A stretch of DNA of 64,000 nucleotides from an uncultured Clostridia bacterium (lineage in GTDB: Bacteria; Bacillota; Clostridia; Oscillospirales; Acutalibacteraceae): NCBI GenBank assembly GCA_937896885.1, contig CALBNX010000014.1:5061-69060 (forward strand), given 5' to 3'. A program made the translations under genes and the position numbers. Position 1 is the first letter of the stretch. Each line of letters opens with the position of its first letter. A model generated the notes under the pieces. That model did no database searches. It was not told the origin of the DNA and saw nothing but the letters and a program-made list of their open reading frames with translations. Of the stretch, positions 27,776 through 38,079 are shown piece after piece.

Positions 27776-28809
27776 ATATTTTCCTCCTGTTCTAAATATT
27801 CGATATATGGTATTTTCAACCAATGTGTCCAAGCGATTGAGGATAACCTCGTCCGTATAACTCCCACTTGAGTATTAGCTGCCTGAATGACTTCTCCTTT
27901 ACCTATGTAGATACCAATATGACCTTCGTGCCAAACACCAAGTCCCGGTATTTCAGGTAGCGTATCAATTGTTCCTTTTTCAGTTGCATTGTCAAACATA
28001 TTGTCTGCACCAATGTCAGGCATATTGTTTGAACCGATAATCGTCTTCTTATTCTCTGTATCGTACCAACTGTAACCTTTTATAAGACCTACACAGTCTG
28101 CAGTTCTCTTACCGAGCCAGTTGGAAGTTATAAATTCAACATTGTTTCCAACCATATCGGGATATTGCTCTGCTTTAAGTTCAAGCATAGTTTTGTCAAG
28201 GACTGTTCCATATGTACCATAAACATATCCCCAATGATTATCTGCCGCATTGATGGCCCATGTAACAAGGTCGAGATTGTTCTTGGTTGTTGCATCCGCA
28301 TATCCTGATGTGTCAATGTAAACAGAACGGATACCGTTCATTATATTTGAGAAATCTTCAACAGACAAGTCTGTTCCAAAGGTTGAATTGACTTTTGAGA
28401 TTAACTGTTCATCAGTTTGATTGTCTGAAAAGCAAGCTGTTAGTTTTGAAACAAAGTCATTCTGTTTTGCATAATCAGAAAGCCCAAGTACATAAAGTAT
28501 CTGGGCTTCTTTTATCTGATTATTCGAATGACCTGCATCAGTCATTGATGCTTGAATATTATTCATTGTGTCTTCGACAAACTGTAACTTTGCTTGTTCT
28601 TCTGTAGTTAAACTTGATATAACGGTTTCTTTGATTCCGCTTGTATCTAATTCAATATTGCCACTGAAAAAATACACAACTGCCACTATTGGCATAAGCA
28701 AGCCCACCACAACAGATAAAACCATACAGAGAATCTTTTTCAAGGTTTCGGGTTCTGTAACAATAGCAAGTGCTATCTTCTTTAAGGCGGTGGCAACGGT
28801 AGCAGACAT
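27772..28809 (-). CDS. NlpC/P60 (C40) peptidoglycan hydrolase of the transfer apparatus
   Basis: N-terminal TM helix. C-terminal C40 signature RTADCVGLIKGYSWY...VWHEGHIGIYIG. Confidence 0.75.
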   Translation of the reverse strand: MSATVATALKKIALAIVTEPETLKKILCMVLSVVVGLLMPIVAVVYFFSGNIELDTSGIKETVISSLTTEEQAKLQFVEDTMNNIQASMTDAGHSNNQIKEAQILYVLGLSDYAKQNDFVSKLTACFSDNQTDEQLISKVNSTFGTDLSVEDFSNIMNGIRSVYIDTSGYADATTKNNLDLVTWAINAADNHWGYVYGTYGTVLDKTMLELKAEQYPDMVGNNVEFITSNWLGKRTADCVGLIKGYSWYDTENKKTIIGSNNMPDIGADNMFDNATEKGTIDTLPEIPGLGVWHEGHIGIYIGKGEVIQAANTQVGVIRTRLSSIAWTHWLKIPYIEYLEQEENI

Positions 28810-30641
28810 TATCTGCCACCAGTCTTTCCAAACAATGCAAATTTATATTCAGGTGCAATTACCTGCAACAGATATCTTTCATTACCGCAACGGTAAAGAC
28901 AAGTACCACGTTCAGGGTATTTAATCAACTCAAACTCACTTGGTTCAATTTGCAACGCATCCATAAAATCTTTGGGGTTAATCTGACCTGCGTTGAATAA
29001 AAACTGATGTGTAGGAATTGAAAACAACGGTTTTGTAAACTCTCTGATAGACGGAATCAAAAAGTCCTCAATATTCTGACTTGCAAGAATAATTGAGGAT
29101 TCTTTTTTTCTAACTCTTTTCATTGAGTTACGGATATATTCAATTGCTGTCATATTAGTTAGGAATAAGTAAAGCTCATCGATGGATGCAGTTGTGTTGC
29201 CAATACCGAGCAACTGATTGCTCATATATGACAAGATGTTAAAGAGCATTGCATCTTTGAGCCTTTTGTTTGTATCCATAAGGCCTTTAACACCAAACAC
29301 AAGAAATGCATCATCTGTAATATTTGTGTGTCCATTGAAGTATTTACTTTCTGCACCTACACACATACTGTGGATACCCAAACAGATTTCCTGCAAGGTT
29401 TCTTCTGTGTAAAGATGCTTGTAATGATGGTTGTATGCCATAAACTCTTTTTCACACAAATCATATAAATCTTTCATCACAGGGAAGTCCGTAGGCTTCA
29501 TCTGACTGTAATCTGTTGTATCGGTAATGTTAAACTTTTCATACAACTTTGAAAGCATAATTTCAATAGTATCAATCTGCGCATCTGTAAAATCCTTGTA
29601 GCTTCTGAAAAAGTCTTTAAGGAATGCAATGTGTTGTGATAGTCTTGATACCTTTTGGAATGCTTCGGGGACAGACAAATCCTCTTCATCAATTTCTTCT
29701 CCCCATGCTTTTGGTTCAAGAGGATTGATTGTGTATTTGCCTAACATAAAGTCAATGTAACAACCATCAAGAGATGAGCAAAGTTCTTCGTATTCAGCTT
29801 CAGGGTCAAGGCAGATAATCTTCTTTCCTGACTCACGAATATTTGTTAGTAATAATTTAAGAAGATAACTTTTACCCTGACCACTATTACCGAGAATGAG
29901 GATATTGGATGTTGTTTTATCTTCTGCACGTCTGTCAAAGTCAACAAGGATATTTGTTCCGTACTTATCTCTCCCGATATAGATACCGTTAGGGTCTGTC
30001 TTACCTGAAAAGTTAAATGGATACAGATTTGCCACAGAGCTTGCAGGAAGCACTCTTTCAAACTGTGTACCGAACTGATTGAAGCCCACAGGCAGAACAG
30101 AAAGGAAACCTTCTTTTTGTCGCAAAGTGAGACGGTCAACTGAAATCTTTGAACGAGTAAGTTCCATTGCAACTTCACTTTGTAATTCCTTTAACTCATC
30201 CATATCTTTTGCTTTCAATTCAATGAATACGGAACAATGGAGCAACGGTTCTCTGTTCTTACGAAGGTTTGCAAGCATTTCAATTACATCCTGTAAGTTG
30301 CCTTCAGCTTCAATAGTTTCGTTTACATCGTTGCCACCACTTTTGAGTTTGTTTCGTCTTGTTGCATTCTGGATAATCTTACGCTGCTCCATACTTTCAA
30401 CAAGACGATGGTAAACTCTCAATGTAACACCGTTTCTGTCAGCAAGCTGTGAGAGTATTGCCTGTTCTTCAGTTGTTGGTGGATATTCTCTTACTGCCCA
30501 TACACAACGATATGAATCACCAACAATATAATGGTCAGAGAGGAACTTTATTGTACTTGGGAGAATGCAGTCAAAGAAATCTTTTGTACGGATTTCTTCA
30601 ATCTGTTCGGGAGTTAATTCTTTTTTCTTACTCATTTTCAT
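28809..30641 (-). CDS. VirB4-family conjugation ATPase
   Basis: Walker A LGNSGQGKSYLLK, Walker B-like ASIDELYLF, 610 aa. Confidence 0.85.
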   Translation of the reverse strand: MKMSKKKELTPEQIEEIRTKDFFDCILPSTIKFLSDHYIVGDSYRCVWAVREYPPTTEEQAILSQLADRNGVTLRVYHRLVESMEQRKIIQNATRRNKLKSGGNDVNETIEAEGNLQDVIEMLANLRKNREPLLHCSVFIELKAKDMDELKELQSEVAMELTRSKISVDRLTLRQKEGFLSVLPVGFNQFGTQFERVLPASSVANLYPFNFSGKTDPNGIYIGRDKYGTNILVDFDRRAEDKTTSNILILGNSGQGKSYLLKLLLTNIRESGKKIICLDPEAEYEELCSSLDGCYIDFMLGKYTINPLEPKAWGEEIDEEDLSVPEAFQKVSRLSQHIAFLKDFFRSYKDFTDAQIDTIEIMLSKLYEKFNITDTTDYSQMKPTDFPVMKDLYDLCEKEFMAYNHHYKHLYTEETLQEICLGIHSMCVGAESKYFNGHTNITDDAFLVFGVKGLMDTNKRLKDAMLFNILSYMSNQLLGIGNTTASIDELYLFLTNMTAIEYIRNSMKRVRKKESSIILASQNIEDFLIPSIREFTKPLFSIPTHQFLFNAGQINPKDFMDALQIEPSEFELIKYPERGTCLYRCGNERYLLQVIAPEYKFALFGKTGGR

Positions 30642-31236
30642 CCACCTCTGTCACATATTGTTCGCCGTCAATATCTGGCATCTTTTCGCCATTCATTGAT
30701 GCACCGAAATACAAGGCGAAGAATCTCTTAATATCTTCCTTTCTCATTCGTTTTACTTCAAATCCTTGTTCGGCTATAAGCTTCTCTACCTTATTAGCAG
30801 AAGAGAATACTTGTTCGGGTTTCTGTGAACGATATCGGGTAACAAATATAAATTGTCTGGCCGTTGCCATTTCAATCTGTATGTCATCAAGAAAATCCAT
30901 ATCATTTTTAAGGATTTTCTTGACCTTTGAATTCGGTTCATTCTCATATCTGCTCTGCAAGTACAACTTGTTGTTATCAAAGCATTCTGATGCATCCGTA
31001 CAGGCAAATTCAATATCGGGTAATGCTGATAAAAGCATCATAAAGTGCCTGATTTTGTTTTCTAAATTCACACTTGAAAGCACAGAGATATTTGTAGGTG
31101 CGATTGAATAAAAAACAAGCTCACCACGATTGGTTTCTACACCATATTGGGTGAACTTTGTTACACCGATTAAATCCTGAACCGAATGTCCTTTTTTCTT
31201 TTTATCTTTCTTTGTCAAAAAATCACTTCCATTCAT
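30628..31236 (-). CDS. Conjugation protein resembling the N-terminal domain of long VirB4 proteins
   Basis: 202 aa, overlaps the VirB4 ORF by 14 nt. The motif SVQDLIGV...ELVFYSIAPTNISVLS resembles the start of ~800 aa Firmicutes VirB4 proteins. The combined length would be about 810 aa. Confidence 0.5.
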   Translation of the reverse strand: MNGSDFLTKKDKKKKGHSVQDLIGVTKFTQYGVETNRGELVFYSIAPTNISVLSSVNLENKIRHFMMLLSALPDIEFACTDASECFDNNKLYLQSRYENEPNSKVKKILKNDMDFLDDIQIEMATARQFIFVTRYRSQKPEQVFSSANKVEKLIAEQGFEVKRMRKEDIKRFFALYFGASMNGEKMPDIDGEQYVTEVDENE

Positions 31237-31483
31237 AATATTGTTGGGTTGAAATGAAGTATCTCACTGCATATTTAATAAAATCCAATATCGTTGTTTC
31301 ATCTATACGGATAGTTAAAAAGCCGTAACACAAGGTTACAGCAATTGGAATTAACCATCTGAACTGTACCAAAACAACAATGGATAAAAGCAGAGACACT
31401 CCTAATATTGTAAAATCTTTAAGACTCCATAACCATAAGTTTGCAGTAGCTTTAAGGTTTTGAGGATATAGATATTGTGTCAT
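31223..31483 (-). CDS. PrgI/VirB3-like small membrane protein
   Basis: 86 aa with two TM helices. The N-terminus YLYPQNLKATANLWLWSLKDF is typical of PrgI-family proteins preceding VirB4. Confidence 0.6.
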   Translation of the reverse strand: MTQYLYPQNLKATANLWLWSLKDFTILGVSLLLSIVVLVQFRWLIPIAVTLCYGFLTIRIDETTILDFIKYAVRYFISTQQYYEWK

Positions 31484-31497
31484 TGTATTTCTCCTTT

Positions 31498-32427
31498 TTA
31501 TCTTGCTCTTGCAAGTGACCGAGTCATATTTACAGCAGTTGTTGAAGCGTGAACTACAGACATCATATTTACCTTTACGCTTGAATCAAGACCAAACTGT
31601 TGAGCTATTCTCGGCACTTCATTTGCGGCAAGCATAATACCAAGTGCGAGGAGCATATTGTCGGGGAATGTTATTAGACCAAGATATAGCAAGGTTGCCT
31701 GTAAAAACGCTGTTAAGCACAAGGCGGCAATCTGTTTCATCCATTGGTTGAATCCATCCGTATATCCTCTCGGAACAGAGAACATATATAACGAAGCGAC
31801 TGCCATCTGCACAAGCAGAATGCCACCTCGTTTGATATTCTGAAAGAAAATCTTAACAACACAGTAACCAAACGCAATGAGGGCAAGTGTGCTATACAGT
31901 GTAATCTGCATAGTTTGAGGTGCCATAAATGTTGAGGTTAATATGCTCAATGCTTTTTGTGACAAATTGATACCTTGTTCATTTGCAAAGATACTTGCAA
32001 GGTCATGCGAGAATGTGTTCTGTAAACTTATGCAGAATCTATACAACTCTACGGGAACGACACCAATCAGCGAACAGGCAAAGAAACCTTTTAAGATATT
32101 AATTGCAGTTGTCTTTACATTTGCACGACCTTGCTGATATTCGATTGCTACATCAAATACTGCTACAACCGTGCCGGCGGTGAACAGTGTTCAACCGAAC
32201 AAAGTAAATATCATTATTGTTGCATCTACCCATTCAAGTTCAAAGATTTCTGCACCGAGATTACCCATAACCGTAAAAAAGTCGGCAATAGCACCATACA
32301 CCATTTCATAAATCCAACGCAATGCGGTGTCCCAAATAGTTCTTGCTATCTGTTCGCCAAGAGTACCAAAGACTGTGCCTATTGAATCTCCTATACCGGA
32401 GATAAGGTCACCGAGCCAATCAAACAT
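31498..32427 (-). pseudogene. VirB6-like polytopic membrane protein interrupted by an in-frame TGA
   Basis: ORFs 32191..32427 and 31498..32046 are in the same frame. The sequence reads ...IMIFTLFG-TGA(32191-32193)-TLFTAGTVVAVFDVAIEY... with no start or RBS after the stop. A continuous reading gives 310 codons with multiple TM helices. Confidence 0.65.
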
Positions 32428-32443
32428 GCTCTACACCTCCGCA

Positions 32444-32776
32444 TCAGATAATTGTCCAGATGTACAATGGAGCGGTAAGTGTAAAGATAAGACAGGCAAA
32501 CAAGATACATGGTGCAGTAAATTCAAACTGTCCATGTTTCTTGTATTCAAAGTATGCTGTACCGACTTTTACGAAAAACAGGATTGCTAGAATCATGTCA
32601 ACCACAGGGAAGACTACATTGTTCACGACTTGTTGCACCTGACCTTTAGCCGCATTCCAAGTGTTTTCAATAGCACCTGCAACATCACCTGTGGCAAAAG
32701 ACATTACTGAAAAACTGCAAATGAGCAAAGCCACAAGCAGAATAATACCAGTTGTTTTTAAGTGTTTGTTTTTCAT
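32444..32776 (-). CDS. VirB2/TrbC-like pilin candidate
   Basis: Start at MKNKHLK with RBS AGGAGGTAA. Signal peptide then two hydrophobic helices, 110 aa. Immediately upstream of the VirB6-like gene. Confidence 0.5.
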   Translation of the reverse strand: MKNKHLKTTGIILLVALLICSFSVMSFATGDVAGAIENTWNAAKGQVQQVVNNVVFPVVDMILAILFFVKVGTAYFEYKKHGQFEFTAPCILFACLIFTLTAPLYIWTII

Positions 32777-32792
32777 AAGATTACCTCCTGAT

Positions 32793-35700
32793 TTATTCTT
32801 CATCTTTTCTCTTGATTGTGATAATGACATAAGCTACAAGACCACCAAAGGCAATGGCAGTCATACCAACCCAAAAACTTAATCTCCATGATGCATCTGT
32901 ATTTGGAATATCGGGCACAGGAACTTTAGGTTTAGGGATTTTCTCGTTTGTGATTTTAAGTTCAATCAACATACCATCTTCTGTAATCTCAAAATAATGA
33001 TAATCATTATCTTTGATATATCCGTCAGGAGCTGATTTTTCATGAATGAAGTATCCGTTGTGTCTTAAATCATTCATGATATATACACCGACTTCATCCT
33101 CTTTGAGTTCGCCTATAAGAATATCAATTTCAGGATTAAATTCCTTGTTTCCGTCAACATCCACATAGAGTTCAAAGATTGCACCTGAAAGCTTTATTTC
33201 AGGATTATCTTCATCCACCTTTGTTACTTCAACAGAGCCGAGAATAAATTTGTTTTCTACAACAAGTTCGATTACCTCTCCATCTTCCATGACCTTCACC
33301 TTGTATACTGTAGGATTGAGTTTGAATGAAGGGGGTGATTTAAGTTCATGAATAATCCATTTGCCATAAGAAACATTTTCAAATCCGAATACACCGATTT
33401 CATTTGAAGTAGAAATCATAAGGGCTGTTTCCTCTGTGAATTCAGTTTCACTTTCATTGAAAAGACCAAAGACTGCACCTGCGATAGCAAAACCATCTTC
33501 ATCAATTTTCTTACCTACAATAGTTCCACGGATAGGCTTGTTTTCAACCTCGATTACCACCACTATAATTCCACCATCTTCTTTTGCTGTATCGGCAGTA
33601 ATGTCAAAAGATACAGGGTTTCTGTCTATTACATATCCGTATGGTGCTTGAACCTCTATAAGTGAATATCCCTTACCATAAGGAAGTCTTTCAGGTGTTA
33701 TAAGTGAACCATTTGCATCTGTATAGAAGGTGTCAATTGTTGTAGGTGTAGGATAAGTATATGTCATTGTTACAAGTTTGCCATCAGGGTCATAAATCTT
33801 GAAACCAGCACCAGCGTATGGAACTGTCTTTCCTGTTTCGGAATCCTTTTTGATTACCTTAACATAACTTTCAAGGTTTGCATTGTTAATGAGGTAACGG
33901 TATGTCTGACCATCAGTATTAATTACCACATCAAAATCAGCAATAAATTCTCTGCCTTCAGTACCTTTAGTTTGATGCACAGTATATGTACCGTATGGCA
34001 AATCTTTTGTCTGTGTAAAACCATTTTTATCACAAACGATTGCATCTCGTTCTGTTTCTTTTGCTTTATTGTAACTGCCAGCAGATTTAAGATATACTTG
34101 GAATTCTGCGCCAACTTCAGGATGCTCAATCTGTGTACTACCATTGTCTGAATGCTTGATAATGGCAATATTGCCTTTGATAACTTGTTCTGTTACATTC
34201 ATTGAGAGTGTATTCTTTTCTACCGTATAGTTCTTTGATTCAGCACAAATTTTGTGTACTGTTTCATCAAGAAGATAACCTTCACTTGCAGTAATCTCTC
34301 TCAATGTCCAATTATCACCACAAACATATTCTTTTGTTGTAAATTTACCATTAGCATCTGTTGTGTATTTGTCCACTAATTTTTCACCATAGTAAACACC
34401 ATAAACTGCACCTGAAAGTGTTGCATCGCCTTGAGCATAGCCTTTTTCAGCGTCTGTTTTTGTAACCGTTACTGTAAATTTCTTGAGCACATTGTGGAAT
34501 GATTTTTCTGTTATCTTATTCCATTGAATGTTTGCATTCTGTGATTCAGGAACTACATATTTTGAATCAGTATCGACTTCTTCAAGGGTGTAGTTGTTGC
34601 CAATAAGCACATCATTGAATATAGCAATACCGTTTTTATCTGTTACTGCATATTCATCGACTTTAAGTCCTGAATGAGATGTTCCGTATAGATGGAACTT
34701 AACACCTTCATTAAGACCATCTTCTGATGTCTTTGTAACCTCCAAGTTTCCTCGTTTAAGGGTATTGTTGAAAGTAATTGTTGAGGTTTGTCCTGAAACT
34801 ACAGTTACTGTTCTTGTTTCTTGTGGTTCGTACTTATCCTCAACTGTTTCTGTAATAGTGTATGTACCAGGTTTTAAGTCACTTATAGTAATTTTACCGC
34901 CATTTTCTGTTTTAACCGTTTTATCTACACCATTACCTATAATACGAAATGAGATTCCATCAATCTTATTATCTTCTGATGTCTTTACAATCTGTACTTT
35001 ACCGGGTATCTGTTCATTTATAGCATTGATAGTAACTGTTCCTTTGTTACTAGAATTTACAGTTACTGTCCATTCTGATTGACCTGATGCCTGATAGTTT
35101 GTAGGGAATACAGTTTCTTTTACTGTATATGTGCCATATGGTAATCTTTCCTGTGATACAGCATATCCGTTGCTATTAGTTGGACCAATTTTGTATTGAA
35201 TGCCTGTTTCTTTATGTGTAGCAACAAACACAGCACCACTTAATGCCTTACCATTGGTATCCTTTTTGTATATTTCAATTACACCATTTTCTTCAATAAT
35301 CTCTGGAACAATAACTGATGATACTAACTCTGCCGCACCATTTTTTGATAAACCTTCCAAAGTGATAATTTCAGGGCCACGACTGTTGCCCACGTGAGTA
35401 ATAAAATTCTTACCATTGTACTTACCGGCATACAAGCCAACGTGACTTACCGTTCCACTTGCAGTAAATACAATCAATGAACCGATTGGGATTTCTTCGT
35501 CTGCGGTAAAAGTCTTTCCGTCTGAACTTTGCTTGAATTTAATCTCTCTTGCAAGTCCTGATTCTACCCATTTTTCTGCCGCAGTTGACCACGCACCTGA
35601 TGATTTAAGATTTGTTGGTCGAATATAATCAGATGTGCCAACTCCTGCAATGTTTGGAAGATAATTAAAGTACACATATGAGCAATACGATGCACAGCAG

Positions 35701-36050
35701 AGACCATATTTCTCAAAGCGAGCAAGATTTGGAGCTTTGCCTGAAACTGTTGACACATTTACAACAGTTTCTGTACCTTCATTTGCAAAACCTGTATCAT
35801 AACTGATATTTGATAAGATACTATCAGCTACCATTGAACCGTATTTCTTGAAAATTTGTCCGTTATCTTTTAAGCCCTGCACATCGTATCCTGTATATGC
35901 CAACGCATCAAGATAGACATTATCAAGCATTTCATCGGGGATATCCGAAGCAGGAGCCGCAAATACCGTAACTGGAATTGTTGAAAATACCGATATTACG
36001 GCAAGAATAACTGCAAGTAATTTTTTGATATTAATATTTTTCTTGAACAT
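32793..36050 (-). CDS. Cell-wall-anchored adhesin with an N-terminal NlpC/P60- or CHAP-like domain and tandem Cna-B/SpaA-type repeats
   Basis: Signal peptide. Cys/His hydrolase-like segment GLCCASYCSYVY...VSHVGLYAG. Seven or more repeats of the G..F.(L/V)....(G)(T/K)Y.(V/L).E...P.GY type. C-terminus IPNTD followed by a TM helix and RKDEE (sortase-signal-like). Confidence 0.75.
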   Translation of the reverse strand: MFKKNINIKKLLAVILAVISVFSTIPVTVFAAPASDIPDEMLDNVYLDALAYTGYDVQGLKDNGQIFKKYGSMVADSILSNISYDTGFANEGTETVVNVSTVSGKAPNLARFEKYGLCCASYCSYVYFNYLPNIAGVGTSDYIRPTNLKSSGAWSTAAEKWVESGLAREIKFKQSSDGKTFTADEEIPIGSLIVFTASGTVSHVGLYAGKYNGKNFITHVGNSRGPEIITLEGLSKNGAAELVSSVIVPEIIEENGVIEIYKKDTNGKALSGAVFVATHKETGIQYKIGPTNSNGYAVSQERLPYGTYTVKETVFPTNYQASGQSEWTVTVNSSNKGTVTINAINEQIPGKVQIVKTSEDNKIDGISFRIIGNGVDKTVKTENGGKITISDLKPGTYTITETVEDKYEPQETRTVTVVSGQTSTITFNNTLKRGNLEVTKTSEDGLNEGVKFHLYGTSHSGLKVDEYAVTDKNGIAIFNDVLIGNNYTLEEVDTDSKYVVPESQNANIQWNKITEKSFHNVLKKFTVTVTKTDAEKGYAQGDATLSGAVYGVYYGEKLVDKYTTDANGKFTTKEYVCGDNWTLREITASEGYLLDETVHKICAESKNYTVEKNTLSMNVTEQVIKGNIAIIKHSDNGSTQIEHPEVGAEFQVYLKSAGSYNKAKETERDAIVCDKNGFTQTKDLPYGTYTVHQTKGTEGREFIADFDVVINTDGQTYRYLINNANLESYVKVIKKDSETGKTVPYAGAGFKIYDPDGKLVTMTYTYPTPTTIDTFYTDANGSLITPERLPYGKGYSLIEVQAPYGYVIDRNPVSFDITADTAKEDGGIIVVVIEVENKPIRGTIVGKKIDEDGFAIAGAVFGLFNESETEFTEETALMISTSNEIGVFGFENVSYGKWIIHELKSPPSFKLNPTVYKVKVMEDGEVIELVVENKFILGSVEVTKVDEDNPEIKLSGAIFELYVDVDGNKEFNPEIDILIGELKEDEVGVYIMNDLRHNGYFIHEKSAPDGYIKDNDYHYFEITEDGMLIELKITNEKIPKPKVPVPDIPNTDASWRLSFWVGMTAIAFGGLVAYVIITIKRKDEE

Positions 36051-36121
36051 ATATATCGTCCTTTCAAATAGAAAACTCTGCTACATTAAGTAACAGAGTT
36101 CCTTTTCATATATATTTTATT

Positions 36122-36919
36122 TTATAAATTGTCGCTATTTTCCATAGCAACTGCTATATCGCAATACCACATTCCACTTTCGTATGTGATTCCTATGCCG
36201 ATATATTTGTATCGACTGTCACCAACATACGCCCAGTGTCCTGAACTGTTCCTTGTGAGTGTTGCAAATTTCTTTGCTATCTCATCAGCCGTTCCTACAT
36301 ACCCAGCCTTTGCTATTGCTTCGCCAGCATTAGCGGTGTAGTAGGGTTCACCTGACATACCATACAAGGATGGGTCAACATACTCACCATATTTGAGTGC
36401 AGTAGCGGCAGTTCGTTCATCTTCTGTATCATGAGCAAAGTTAGATATTAGTTGACGACTACGATGTTCTGCATATTTGGTTAATCCAGGAAGTTTAGTC
36501 GTTACGGGAGTACCTTGCTCTTTACGGTACTCGTTGATGTAATAAGCTAACCTTTCCGCTATTGCTTTCTCATCTGCCTTTGCAGCATACTGAGCAGGAC
36601 TTGTTGTTCCTGTTTCAGTTTCTTGTGGCTTGGTGGTAATTGTTGTATTTGTTGGTTTTGGCTTTAAACTTTTAACAGTTGTAGTTTCTTTACTGTCAGC
36701 ATTTTGACCACTTGTTATTTCTTCACTTTTAGGTTTTGTACTTTCTTCTGTAGGTTCGGTAGTGCTTTCAGTTGCTTCCTCAACTGTTTCTGGTTCGGTT
36801 GTGGATTCCTTTACCGTTACATTTGATTGGGTAGTGGTAGTCTGTTCTTCAGTATTTCTGCATCCTGTTATGCTTAGAAGGAGTGCTATGCATAGAAACA
36901 TTGATAATGCTCTTTTCAT
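36122..36919 (-). CDS. Lipoprotein with a CAP/SCP (PR-1-like) domain
   Basis: Start at MKRALSMFLCIALLLSITGC (lipobox) with RBS AGAGGTGAA. Thr/Glu-rich linker. The C-terminal segment YINEYRKEQG...GHWAYV...YIGIGI is CAP-like. Confidence 0.6.
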   Translation of the reverse strand: MKRALSMFLCIALLLSITGCRNTEEQTTTTQSNVTVKESTTEPETVEEATESTTEPTEESTKPKSEEITSGQNADSKETTTVKSLKPKPTNTTITTKPQETETGTTSPAQYAAKADEKAIAERLAYYINEYRKEQGTPVTTKLPGLTKYAEHRSRQLISNFAHDTEDERTAATALKYGEYVDPSLYGMSGEPYYTANAGEAIAKAGYVGTADEIAKKFATLTRNSSGHWAYVGDSRYKYIGIGITYESGMWYCDIAVAMENSDNL

Positions 36920-36986
36920 AATTTTCACCTCTAACTCATACAATACACAAAAATTTTCAAAAGTCCAGCAAAATTGCGAATGTTTT

Positions 36987-37370
36987 TTACATATCCTGAG
37001 AAACAGCTTCATCCTGTGTAACATCTTCACTCTGCGTCTGATTTTCTCTCATTTCTAACTGTTCTTCATAGGCCTTAAGAACAACGCTATTGAGTTCAGC
37101 ACGAGCTTCTGATGAGATTGGATGGCACACATCAGAATATTTCTGTTTGCCATCTTTTGTGTACTTGCTCTGTGGCATTGATACAAAAAGACCGTTTTTG
37201 GATTCAATTATCTTTACTCCATGAAAAGCAAAAGCATCCGCAATTGTGATACTCGCAACTGCCTTTACATTGCTATCTTCATAATCAACCATCTGTGTGA
37301 TTTTTGCTTTGATATTAAGAGATGGTTTCTGTTTGTTTGTATTCTTAAAATTTGATTTTTTGTTTGCCAT
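36987..37370 (-). CDS. SpoVG-family nucleic-acid-binding protein homologue
   Basis: VKAVASITIADAFAFHGVKIIESKNGLFVSMPQSKYTKDGKQKYSDVCHPISSEARAEL parallels the SpoVG core (..VHDIRVIEG..GLFVAMPS.R..DG.FRDIAHPI). Confidence 0.6.
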   Translation of the reverse strand: MANKKSNFKNTNKQKPSLNIKAKITQMVDYEDSNVKAVASITIADAFAFHGVKIIESKNGLFVSMPQSKYTKDGKQKYSDVCHPISSEARAELNSVVLKAYEEQLEMRENQTQSEDVTQDEAVSQDM

Positions 37371-37385
37371 AATAACTATCCTTTC

Positions 37386-38075
37386 TTAACCATAATAAAT
37401 TATGAATCCCATATCATTTTGAACATCTTCTTCGGGGATTTCTTCAGGTTCGGAGAAGCGTTCCATATATTTCTGTGCTTCTTCATCTGTAAGGGAGCAG
37501 AAGTCATCTTCTGTCAAGCCCACCACAAAGAAAGAGCCAGCGATAATTGAAGAGCCATCACCGATACGGCGATTACCATCAAGACCCATAAGTTTGCCTT
37601 CTTCATTACAGATAATGGCAGTACCATCCTCGTTGTAAACAATTTCGATAAGTCCACCAACTGCTTTCTGTTCGGCATCAAGTGTGTGTTCAATTTCAGA
37701 AACAAAAGGTTTTCTGTGAGGTTCAACATACACAACTTGCATCAGGTTGTCCTGTTTGTGAACAAGTGATTCATCAAAGTCAATCTTTGCAAAACCGATA
37801 CGGTCACAGTAATAGAATCCAGCTTCAAGGTCATTGATGTTTTCTTCGAGTTTTACCACATCTGATACAGAGAGTGCGTGACCTCTATGTAACGGATGAC
37901 CGTCTGTATTGAACTTTTTGAACACATCTTCGAGTGTGTTGCTATCGACATCACCCATAAATACTTCGTTATACAAAGATGCATCGACCTTGTTATCTTT
38001 GAGACGATTAAGGGATTGAAATTTAGCACCAACATTATCTCGATTGGTGTCAATCTGATAAATTTTAATATTCAT
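37386..38075 (-). CDS. Conserved ICE protein of unknown function
   Basis: 229 aa with no catalytic motif recognised. The N-terminus MNIKIYQIDTNRD resembles YodL-like domains seen on conjugative elements; this comes from memory. Confidence 0.4.
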   Translation of the reverse strand: MNIKIYQIDTNRDNVGAKFQSLNRLKDNKVDASLYNEVFMGDVDSNTLEDVFKKFNTDGHPLHRGHALSVSDVVKLEENINDLEAGFYYCDRIGFAKIDFDESLVHKQDNLMQVVYVEPHRKPFVSEIEHTLDAEQKAVGGLIEIVYNEDGTAIICNEEGKLMGLDGNRRIGDGSSIIAGSFFVVGLTEDDFCSLTDEEAQKYMERFSEPEEIPEEDVQNDMGFIIYYG

Positions 38076-38079
38076 AATA

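Noticed and set aside
28809-31236. The split VirB4 (202 aa plus 610 aa ORFs overlapping by 14 nt) as a frameshift pseudogene.
   Set aside because: This is undecided, leaning natural. The downstream ORF has its own SD (AGAGGTGGA) in front of an ATG inside the overlap, as in translationally coupled genes. No long out-of-frame continuation is evident. It needs comparison with homologous ICEs.
32191-32193. TGA recoding (genetic code 4/25 or selenocysteine) as the explanation for the in-frame stop in the VirB6-like gene.
   Set aside because: TGA clearly terminates other ORFs in the window, for example 21677..22222. No other long gene shows internal TGAs. A membrane channel protein is an implausible selenoprotein.
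1807-37030. The long N-terminal extensions offered by the ORF track for several genes (1807, 2722, 7561, 8491, 11223, 21045, 26668, 27832, 32830, 37030, 38403, 38663, 58848, 63384).
   Set aside because: In each case an internal start is directly preceded by a good Shine-Dalgarno sequence. It also yields a sensible N-terminus (signal peptide, lipobox or conserved family start) and removes overlaps with neighbouring genes.
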